Part shown: piece by piece, positions 39,250 through 47,118 of the stretch | How the letters are laid out: every line of letters begins with the position of its first letter | Numbering within the stretch: the first letter of the stretch is position 1 | NCBI GenBank assembly: GCA_024638805.1 | Contig: JAHEJO010000003.1 | Location: 1-58,367, forward strand | Direction: 5' to 3' | Source of the DNA: Acidimicrobiales bacterium | Lineage (GTDB): Bacteria > Actinomycetota > Acidimicrobiia > Acidimicrobiales > SZUA-35 | Length of the DNA: 58,367 nucleotides | Made by a program: the position numbers and the translations under genes | The notes under the pieces: generated by a model | The model's input: only the letters and a program-made list of their open reading frames with translations | Told to the model about the DNA's origin: nothing | The model's database searches: none

Positions 39250-40944
39250 TTGAGCCCTGTGCACCGAATCCTCACGTCGCTTCGTTCGTTGGCGCCGGAG
39301 AAGAAGGTCAGTCGGCTGCTGCTGGCGTCGGTGCTTCTCGGAACGATCGTGGGCATCGCGGTGTCGGTCCTCGAGTGGATCACTCTTCAGCTGCTCCTCC
39401 ACAGCGTCGACGAACTACCGCTGGTGGCAGCGGCGTTCGCCCCGATGGTGGGGCTCGGGATCGCCACGCTGACACTGCGAACGATCGGTCGAGGCATCAC
39501 TCCGTCCACTTCCGACGAGTACATCCGGGCGTACCATCAGCAGTCGCCCTACCTTCCCGAGAGAAACCTGGTGCCGAGACTGATTTCGGGCATGGCAACG
39601 ATCGGGCTGGGTGGAGCGGTCGGGCTCGAAGGACCGGCCATCTACACCGGTTCGGTCGGAGGACTCCGGGTGGCCAGAGCTCTCAGGAACTGGCTCGGCG
39701 CTGACAATGCCAAGGTTCTCCTCACCGCAGGCGCCGCAGCCGGTGTGTCGAGCGTTTTCCAGGCACCAGCCACCGGGGTCGTCTTTGCGCTCGAAGCGCC
39801 CTACCGCGATGACCTCGCCCACCGTGCTCTGCTCCCGTCGCTGCTGGCTTCGGCGTCCGGCTATTTCGCGTTCGTCTCGATGCCCCTCGTGGAGGCCGAG
39901 ACCGTCCTTCCATTCGCCTACGACTCCGGTGTGGGCACAGGGCAGCTGATCGGCGCTGTCGCACTGGGGGTCGGCGCCGGCTTCGGTGGACGGGCCTACG
40001 CCTGGTGTGTGCGAAAGGCGAAGGCGTTCGCTGCTGCCCGATCTGCGTTGTATGCCGTGATCGGTGGAGGACTGCTGCTTGCTGTTCTCGCCGGAGTCAG
40101 CGATCGGTTGGCCGGATCGCCGTTGACATTGGGACCGGGGCTTCGGGTGGTGGAGTGGCTCTCCGCCGAGGAACAGGCGGTCGGCATCGTCCTCGTGATC
40201 TTCGTGCTGCGCGCCCTGTCCACATTCGTGACCGTCGGCGCGGGCGGAACCGGGGGCTTCTTCATTCCCTTGGCGATCCAAGGGGTGCTGTTCGGCCAGG
40301 TGGTGGGAGCCGGATTGGACAGTTTTGGGCTGAGCACGGCCAACGAAGGACTGTGGCCTGTGTTGGGCCTGGCCGCATTCCTCGGTGCCGGCTACCGGAC
40401 ACCGCTGGCTGCGGTCATGTTCGTCGCCGAATCGACTGGCGGCGGCGCTGTCGTCCCAGCTCTGGTGGCAGCAGCTGTCTCACAGCTTGTCGCCGGACCG
40501 TCGTCGGTCAGCACCGGCCAGAAGATCGAGCGCACGGGTCTGGTCGAAGGCAAGGCGAACAGTCCGGTCGGCAACGTGCTCAAGCCGGTGGTTTTCACGG
40601 TCACCCCCGACACGACGGTGTATGAGTTCATCCACAACCTCGCCATCGGTCAACAGATGAAGACTGTCCCGGTGGTCGACGGCGACGTGTTCGTCGGTCT
40701 CTGCACGGTGGCGGCGTGCGCCAACATCGACCGGGAGAAGTGGGCTGACACGCTCGTCACCGACGTGATCGACGTCGATGCACCGGTCGGTTCCCCCAAC
40801 TGGTACCTGCGGGACGCGATGGTCGCAATGGGCAAGGGCGACTACGACGTGCTGGCGATCGTCGGTGACAACCGCAGATTCCTCGGGGTGGTCAGCGCCG
40901 AGGATATTGTCCGCTTGGAGGAGATCATCGCGGCGACGACGTAG
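39250..40944 (+). CDS. ClC chloride channel/antiporter with CBS domains
   Basis: GLEGP, GAAAG, GGFFIP, YRTPLAA, many TM helices, C-terminal CBS pair. Confidence 0.92.
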   Translation: MSPVHRILTSLRSLAPEKKVSRLLLASVLLGTIVGIAVSVLEWITLQLLLHSVDELPLVAAAFAPMVGLGIATLTLRTIGRGITPSTSDEYIRAYHQQSPYLPERNLVPRLISGMATIGLGGAVGLEGPAIYTGSVGGLRVARALRNWLGADNAKVLLTAGAAAGVSSVFQAPATGVVFALEAPYRDDLAHRALLPSLLASASGYFAFVSMPLVEAETVLPFAYDSGVGTGQLIGAVALGVGAGFGGRAYAWCVRKAKAFAAARSALYAVIGGGLLLAVLAGVSDRLAGSPLTLGPGLRVVEWLSAEEQAVGIVLVIFVLRALSTFVTVGAGGTGGFFIPLAIQGVLFGQVVGAGLDSFGLSTANEGLWPVLGLAAFLGAGYRTPLAAVMFVAESTGGGAVVPALVAAAVSQLVAGPSSVSTGQKIERTGLVEGKANSPVGNVLKPVVFTVTPDTTVYEFIHNLAIGQQMKTVPVVDGDVFVGLCTVAACANIDREKWADTLVTDVIDVDAPVGSPNWYLRDAMVAMGKGDYDVLAIVGDNRRFLGVVSAEDIVRLEEIIAATT

Positions 40945-41971
40945 CCGCTTCGACCAGCCGTTCGGTGAGGGCGTCGACGTGCGCGACCGTTTCGACCACG
41001 AATGGGGTGAGGCTGCCGCTTCGTGTGCCAAGCCGTCGAATCGAGCCGGCCGGATCTCCGGAGATGTCAGGGACGTCGACCAGCAGTTGACCCACCCGGA
41101 TTCCGTGGGCGCCCGCCCGACCTCGGGAGCCCGGATGCCGGTACTCGACCGGTCCGCCGACGAGGATCCCGTGCACGGGCCGCAAGGGCCGCACCACGAC
41201 GCCCTCGCGCCGGAGTATCGCCAGAACCGCCAGGAGCACTTTGTGTTGCAGCGACGTGCGTCGATCGGCGAGATGGTTGATTGCCCACGTCGACAGCGGT
41301 CGCACCGTGCGGGGCACGAAGTCGAGGACGGGCGCGTAGATCGCACGGTCCGGACTGCGTTGAACCTTGCGGATCGTGGTCGGATCGTTCCTCGGGTTGA
41401 CGTTGTCGAGGGACCGGAACTCGTAGTAGCCAATGGCCCGTCTCGCCCTCGCTCGAGCCTCGGTGACGCGTTCGTCGTCGAAGGACTCGCGGTCGAGCAG
41501 GTTCACATGACGACCGGCATCGACCAGCCGTTTCAACGCGAACGCGAACAGCCGGTTCTCGGCCAGGTCGAAGTCCCGGTACGGGGCGGCACAGACGAAC
41601 AAGTCCTCGGGAAAGCCGGCGGCGGCGCGCGCCATGATGGTGGCGTGCCACTGGATCGGTCCGAGCACCGCACCCACCGACCGGACGTCGGAGGAGCTGA
41701 GGCGGTTCTTCATGTAGCGCAAGATGTCAGGGGTCCCGTCGAGGAGACGCAATGCTTCGTTGCTGTTCAGCAGTTCTCTTCCGACGACGTGACGGGACGC
41801 CTGAGGCGTCAGGCCGAACAGCGCCCGGGCTGCGTCGATCGGACCAAACGGCTGATCGATCAGCTGCCAGACCGCTTCGCTCGGCGAGAGCGCCCCGGGT
41901 GAAGCGGGCGACACCTCCAACTGATCTGCTGCCGCAGCGCCGGATGCATCGCCCGCCAGGATGAGGTTCAT
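40925..41971 (-). CDS. McrC/DUF2357-like partner protein, no recognisable PD-(D/E)xK motif
   Basis: ATG 41971 overlaps the AAA gene stop (ATGA). GPIQWHAT...FVC...RDFDLAENRLFAFALKRL resembles the McrC N-terminal D-x-x-E-N-R segment. Confidence 0.7.
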   Translation of the reverse strand: MNLILAGDASGAAAADQLEVSPASPGALSPSEAVWQLIDQPFGPIDAARALFGLTPQASRHVVGRELLNSNEALRLLDGTPDILRYMKNRLSSSDVRSVGAVLGPIQWHATIMARAAAGFPEDLFVCAAPYRDFDLAENRLFAFALKRLVDAGRHVNLLDRESFDDERVTEARARARRAIGYYEFRSLDNVNPRNDPTTIRKVQRSPDRAIYAPVLDFVPRTVRPLSTWAINHLADRRTSLQHKVLLAVLAILRREGVVVRPLRPVHGILVGGPVEYRHPGSRGRAGAHGIRVGQLLVDVPDISGDPAGSIRRLGTRSGSLTPFVVETVAHVDALTERLVEAATSSPR

Positions 41972-42900
41972 GCCACAAGTTCGACCCCGAGGACCGCTGA
42001 GATCGCTCGTCGTGCCTCGGCGATCTCCGGCGGATCGAGGATCGGTTCGATGACGCGGTAGACGGCTGTCGCCTCCTCGTCGCTCATTCCCTCGAATTGC
42101 GGGAAGAAATAGGCGTACAAGACTTCGTACAGGGCTCTGCTCTTCGTGATCCCGTCCTTGGCCCTTCGGGTCGTGTACTTGCCGGCGTCGATGTAGATCG
42201 CCGGTCCGAGATCCTTGATGTCCTTCAGGGGCAGGAGTGACGTGACGATCTTGGCCGGCCCGGTCAGAAGCTTCTCGTACACCTCTCGCGGGGGGCAGCC
42301 CAGCTCGATGAAGGTGAAACGCCGCATGAGGGCGTAGGACATGTCGAACAGGAGGTTCTTGTCGAGGTTGTTCATCGTGGCGATGATCCGCCACGATGCC
42401 GGCACCCGGAGGACGTCGGTGTCGGCGGGTGCTTCGGTGCCCTGGGGCACGATAGACAGTGGTTTGGACTGGCCGACCCGTTTGTAGGGGAGCACGACCG
42501 GCGAACCGGACAGCACGGTGAAGAAGGGTCCGAAAGCCCGGTCGAAATTCGCTCGATTGAGTTCGTCGATGATCAGCCAGGCACCGCTCATGATCGCCTC
42601 GACGAACAAGCCAGGCCGGAAGATCAAACCTTCGGCGGTCGGTTGGAAGCCGCCGACGGTTTCGTAGGTGGTCCACTCCGACGACGCGGTCGTCGGCAGG
42701 TAGCCGGTGCCCATCATGGCCTGCTGGGCGATCTCAGCGGTGATGTAGGCCATCGTGGTCTTGCCCGTCCCCGGCGGCCCGGTCAGGATTACGTGCTTCT
42801 CGGCCTGCAACGCGGTCACGAGCTGCTCGACGACATGCTCGGGCGGGATCAGCCCTCGGGCCGAACAGGCCTCTTTGATATTGGTGGCGGAGAAGTCCAT
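41968..42900 (-). CDS. McrB-family AAA+ NTPase (GTPase core only, 310 aa)
   Basis: Walker A GPPGTGKT near residue 40, Walker B LIIDELNRA, McrB signature ATMNNLD (NxxD), SYALMRRF. Confidence 0.88.
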   Translation of the reverse strand: MDFSATNIKEACSARGLIPPEHVVEQLVTALQAEKHVILTGPPGTGKTTMAYITAEIAQQAMMGTGYLPTTASSEWTTYETVGGFQPTAEGLIFRPGLFVEAIMSGAWLIIDELNRANFDRAFGPFFTVLSGSPVVLPYKRVGQSKPLSIVPQGTEAPADTDVLRVPASWRIIATMNNLDKNLLFDMSYALMRRFTFIELGCPPREVYEKLLTGPAKIVTSLLPLKDIKDLGPAIYIDAGKYTTRRAKDGITKSRALYEVLYAYFFPQFEGMSDEEATAVYRVIEPILDPPEIAEARRAISAVLGVELVA

Positions 42901-42917
42901 AGTTACAGATGACTTCG

Positions 42918-42936
42918 ACCGATTCCCGGAATCGGT
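42918..42936. promoter_or_regulatory. Perfect palindrome upstream of the McrB-like gene (candidate operator)
   Basis: ACCGATTCC-C-GGAATCGGT, separated from ATG 42900 by 17 nt. Confidence 0.5.
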
Positions 42937-43004
42937 TTAGCTGCGATGTGTGCGGCTGCTCGGCACGGCACACACCCACTCGTGTGTTCGCCGGGCCCGC
43001 CAGC

Positions 43005-43211
43005 TCACTGCGAGAGCATTCGTGCCGCCTTCTCGACCGCCCGCCGCGCCCCCTGCATGTCCTTGTCGAGTGGAGGACGTCGAGAAACACCGTTCTCCAT
43101 GGCTGTGCGGAGATGATCGACGATCAGCTCGTCCAGCGATTCTGCGATCGAGAACAACTGCGTGGAGATGGCCCCGGCGCGTGCGCGGTGTGGCCCGTCC
43201 CAGTCCTCCAT
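43005..43211 (-). CDS. Small helical hypothetical protein (68 aa)
   Basis: Starts 1 nt after the upstream stop, with GAAGGAAG SD. Amphipathic helices. Confidence 0.72.
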   Translation of the reverse strand: MEDWDGPHRARAGAISTQLFSIAESLDELIVDHLRTAMENGVSRRPPLDKDMQGARRAVEKAARMLSQ

Positions 43212-43212
43212 G

Positions 43213-44037
43213 TCATTCTTCCTTCTGTTTGCGGCTCAAGGAGACCGATGTCACCGTCTGCGATGCGATCAGATCGAGTTGGACGACCAGCCGTTCATAG
43301 AGCGCCTCACCGATGAACCCCACGAGCTCATCTCGGGCACCGCGGTAGACCGGTTCATCAGCGGTGTAGGCCTCGGGTTCTTCGATGCACCACCAATGGA
43401 AGTCCTCACCCCCTCCGCCCCAGTCGTGGCGTTCCCATGCCCGAATGAACATGGTGTCGCGTTCGTTGTCGTCGGTGTGCACCTCCATTCGCAGAGGAAC
43501 CTGCCAGCACACGTCCGGTTTCCAATCGATCGGTCGTTCGCCATGCCGGAGAGCCGCTGAATGCAACGCACATCCGGCCCCGCCTTCGAAATCGGAGCGG
43601 TTGGAGAAGATGCACCCCCCCTTGTGGACCTTCGTGGTCCACTCGCCGGTCTTGAGTTTCTTGAAGGCTCCGTGCTCACCGGGCTTCTTGGCCTTCCGGG
43701 TTGATTTGGCCTCCGCCACCGCCATGAACTGCCAGTCCTCGGCTGTGAGACGATTCATGTAGTCGAAGGTCGTGGCCAGGTCGTCGTCGTCGACGAAGAA
43801 GGCGCCGTGAACGCAACAACCCAACGCCCCGGCGGGATCGGGTTCGCTGTCGATCCCGGGGCAACCCTTGCCGTAGATGCAGTTGTAGCGGCTCAGCAGA
43901 TGGGTGACGTCGAACATCCAGACGTCACCGTCGTCGCCGGCCAACGAAATCCACCGGTGGTTGTCGGCCGGCGGTACTCGCCCGGGTGGAGAGAGGTCGA
44001 AATGCGCTTCGCCACCGCCGTTCACAAACGTGGTCAC
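43213..44037 (-). CDS. Cys-rich putative metal/Fe-S-binding protein (DUF3109/YkgJ-like)
   Basis: CIYGKGC, GCCVHGA, GCIF, GCALH, KPDVCWQVP, WWC. GTG 44037 has TACTCT 6 nt upstream. Confidence 0.85.
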   Translation of the reverse strand: MTTFVNGGGEAHFDLSPPGRVPPADNHRWISLAGDDGDVWMFDVTHLLSRYNCIYGKGCPGIDSEPDPAGALGCCVHGAFFVDDDDLATTFDYMNRLTAEDWQFMAVAEAKSTRKAKKPGEHGAFKKLKTGEWTTKVHKGGCIFSNRSDFEGGAGCALHSAALRHGERPIDWKPDVCWQVPLRMEVHTDDNERDTMFIRAWERHDWGGGGEDFHWWCIEEPEAYTADEPVYRGARDELVGFIGEALYERLVVQLDLIASQTVTSVSLSRKQKEE

Positions 44038-44100
44038 CGGGGAAGAGTACAGCGGAGCGAGGAGGACCACGCTGGAGACAGGGCGGCTACTGTCATAGCA

Positions 44101-45222
44101 GTGTCAGCTCCCACACCACGGTCGTTGTACGGGGATCGAGCCATCGATCAGCTCGTGACCGAACTGCTCGCCGAAGTCGGCGAAGACGCCAATGACGACA
44201 TCGTCCGGCGCCTCATCACCACATCGCTGGACATGGATGCCGCCGGCCTGTCCCGCCTCGAGCTCAAGATCGCGTCACAGGCGCTGGCTGAGATGTTGAA
44301 CGGCTCGGTCGTGTTCAGCCAGCACCCCGAACGGGCCAAGTGCACGGTGTTCGGCTCGGCCAGGATCGGCAAGGACTCGCCCATTTATCGTCTGACCACC
44401 GAGTTCTGTCGTCTCATCGCCGCTCGTGACTGGATGATCATTTCCGGAGCAGGACCGGGGGTGATGACCGCCGCGATCGAAGGGGCCGGCGTCGAGAACA
44501 GCTATGGCGTCAACATCGTGTTGCCCTTCGAAGCGAAGGCGGCAGACATCATCGTCGAGGACCCGAAACTGGCAACGTTCAAGTACTTCTTCACCCGCAA
44601 ACTCTACTTCATGAAGGAGAGCGACGCCTTCGTCCTGATGCCGGGCGGTTTCGGAACTCTCGACGAGGCATTCGAGCTGCTCACGCTCATGCAGACCGGC
44701 AAGTCCTATCCAGCGCCGATCGTGCTACTGGACGAGCAGGGCTCGACCTACTGGGAGTCGTGGGAACGTTTTGTCGAGGGCGAGCTTCGCGATTCCGGCA
44801 GCATTGGGCCGGCCGATACCGATCTGTACTTCCACACCCACGACCCGGAGGAGGCTGCTGAATTCGTCTGCCACTTCTACTCTGCCTATCACTCGATTCG
44901 CTATGTCGGAAAGAAGTTGATCGTCCGGCTGAACCGAGCGATCTCAGATGAGTCGATTTCGGTGCTGAACGATGAGTACGCCGACATCGTTGTCACCGAC
45001 CGGATCGAACGGTGTGACGCCACGACAGCGGAGCGGCGCGACGGTGACCACGTCGACCTGCCACGATTGAGGCTGCGCTTCAACAATCGGGCCTTCGGGC
45101 GCCTCCATCAGATGGTGCGTCGTATCAACGACCTCGTCGACACCGAAACCGGCTCGTCGGCTCGCCGGGGACTGGTGCACGATGTTGGACCCGACCCCGA
45201 AGACCTCGTGGAGAGGCCCTGA
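44101..45222 (+). CDS. LOG family (TIGR00730-like) nucleotide phosphoribohydrolase, long form
   Basis: VFGSAR, SGAGPGVM, YFFTRK, PGGFGTLDE. GTG 44101 has TACTGT 7 nt upstream. Confidence 0.92.
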   Translation: MSAPTPRSLYGDRAIDQLVTELLAEVGEDANDDIVRRLITTSLDMDAAGLSRLELKIASQALAEMLNGSVVFSQHPERAKCTVFGSARIGKDSPIYRLTTEFCRLIAARDWMIISGAGPGVMTAAIEGAGVENSYGVNIVLPFEAKAADIIVEDPKLATFKYFFTRKLYFMKESDAFVLMPGGFGTLDEAFELLTLMQTGKSYPAPIVLLDEQGSTYWESWERFVEGELRDSGSIGPADTDLYFHTHDPEEAAEFVCHFYSAYHSIRYVGKKLIVRLNRAISDESISVLNDEYADIVVTDRIERCDATTAERRDGDHVDLPRLRLRFNNRAFGRLHQMVRRINDLVDTETGSSARRGLVHDVGPDPEDLVERP

Positions 45223-45283
45223 GGTCCAGATCATCTTGTTCGATGTCCCCCGTGTCGTCGGGTCGCTGTAGCAGGCTGTGGTG

Positions 45284-47008
45284 ATGACCCTCGCGTTCCG
45301 GTCGCTCGGTCTTGTTCTCGCGGTCTCGTTCGTCGCATCCGCGTGCACCACCTCGTCGCCCGAGGCGAGTGCGGACGTGGCCGGGACCACGACAGCACCG
45401 ACCGAGCTCGTCTCCACGATCGCTGCGTGCGACCCAACCCCCGGACGCTTACAGCTCGATTCGGCTCCGGCGACCACTCCAGCCGCCCTGGTCGCACTGT
45501 CGGTCGCCGTGTTCGATTGCGTCGATTCGGCCGTGCTCGTCGGCGACAGCGACGTCGACGCCGTGCGCGTGGCGGCCGAAACCGCTGTTGCGCAAGGCGG
45601 CCCCTTGCTCTCGGTTCGAGCGCTGCGAGATGTCGAGGTTGTCGTCACCGAGCTGGCCCGGCTCCGGGTCGAGACCGTCACCGCAATCGGGCTGCGCGAC
45701 ACGCTCCAGGCACGCACCGCCGAGGCCCTACGGGAACTGGACATCACGCTGCTCGACGCGACGCCACCTCCGGTGGCAACATCGTTCCCGACCACGACCG
45801 TCCCGTCGACAGCCGAACCCCCCGATCCGACTTCGGTCTCGGAGAACACCCAGGTGACGACAGCCATCGCCGCTCCTGACGGCGGAGGGTTACCGAGCGG
45901 CGAATCGACCGTCGACGACACCACCACGAGCTCTGGCATCGATGATGTCGCCCCCGAGCTCCTCCTCTTCGATTCCCTGGACACCGCCACCACGCCCGAC
46001 GGGCCGCTGGTTCTGTTCGGTCCTGGTGATCTGGCCGCCGCCTATCTCAGCCTCCCGAGTATCGTGGCCGGCGGCGGCACTGTTGTTGTCGGCGACTTCG
46101 GCGATACCGATGCGCTCGCCGAACTCGTGGACGGCCGCTCCACCGTGCTGCTCGGCGGCGACAGCACGCCCACCCAACGATGGCAGGTTGCTCTGGCAAC
46201 GTCTGACCGGCGGCTCTTCGGCGGTGGTACCCGGATGTTCCCGGACCGGCGGATCGTCGCCTACTACGGCAATCCCCTGACCTTCCGGCTGGGCCTGCTC
46301 GGAGAAACCGATGCTGCGCGGGCCGTGGAGCGCGTCGCCGAACGGGCCCGTCTCTACGAGGCCGACGGCCTTCCGCCCGTCCAGCCCGGGTTCGAGATCA
46401 TCGCCACGGTCGCGTCCGTATCGGCCGGCGACGACGGCGATTACAGCAATGAAACCGATGTCGAGGTGCTTCGCCCCTGGATCGAGGCAGCCGTCGAGAA
46501 TGACGTCTCGGTCATCCTCGACCTGCAGCCCGGGCGAACCGACTTCGTGACCCAAGCCAAGATCTACGAGGAGTACCTCAGACTGCCGAACGTTGGCCTG
46601 GCTCTGGACCCGGAGTGGCGACTCGGACCCGACCAGCGGCACCTTCGACAAATCGGCCGGGTGACCGCCGAGGAGGTCAATGCCGTCGTCGATTACCTGG
46701 TGGAATTGGTCCATGAGGAGACCCTGCCCCAGAAGATCCTCATCCTCCACCAGTTCCAGACCCGGATGCTTCCGGACCGGGAGCTGATCGAAACACCTCC
46801 GGAACTGGCCGTGGTCGTTCATGTCGATGGTCAGGGATCGCTCGGATCCAAGTACGGAACCTGGGCCGCAATGCTCGACTTCCCCTCACCGTCGGACCAG
46901 ACGTTGTGGTGGGGGTGGAAGAACTTCATCGACGAGGACTTCCCAACCGCGACGCCCGGTCAGGTCAATGCGGTCGTTCCCCTCCCGGTGATCGTCACCT
47001 ATCAGTAA
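45284..47008 (+). CDS. Lipoprotein with Thr/Pro-rich linker and C-terminal TIM-barrel-like (glycosidase-like) domain
   Basis: Lipobox VASAC; RIVAYYG, ILDLQPGR, LALDPEW, HQF, HVDGQG, GWKNF. Confidence 0.82.
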   Translation: MTLAFRSLGLVLAVSFVASACTTSSPEASADVAGTTTAPTELVSTIAACDPTPGRLQLDSAPATTPAALVALSVAVFDCVDSAVLVGDSDVDAVRVAAETAVAQGGPLLSVRALRDVEVVVTELARLRVETVTAIGLRDTLQARTAEALRELDITLLDATPPPVATSFPTTTVPSTAEPPDPTSVSENTQVTTAIAAPDGGGLPSGESTVDDTTTSSGIDDVAPELLLFDSLDTATTPDGPLVLFGPGDLAAAYLSLPSIVAGGGTVVVGDFGDTDALAELVDGRSTVLLGGDSTPTQRWQVALATSDRRLFGGGTRMFPDRRIVAYYGNPLTFRLGLLGETDAARAVERVAERARLYEADGLPPVQPGFEIIATVASVSAGDDGDYSNETDVEVLRPWIEAAVENDVSVILDLQPGRTDFVTQAKIYEEYLRLPNVGLALDPEWRLGPDQRHLRQIGRVTAEEVNAVVDYLVELVHEETLPQKILILHQFQTRMLPDRELIETPPELAVVVHVDGQGSLGSKYGTWAAMLDFPSPSDQTLWWGWKNFIDEDFPTATPGQVNAVVPLPVIVTYQ

Positions 47009-47059
47009 TACTGCCTGCGCTCGCCTGCGCTCGCGCAGCGAGCTTCGGGTCGCTCCGGT

Positions 47060-47118
47060 CTCGCTGTCGCTCGGTCAATGGGATCAGGCCGTCGGTGCTG
47101 CTTCGTCCCTTCGCAGCC
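47060..47118. repeat. Divergent copy of the intergenic repeat element abutting the fbiC stop codon
   Basis: CTCGCTGTCGCTCG (47060-47073), then 21 nt, then GTGCTGC...GCAGCC ending at 47118. Confidence 0.7.
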
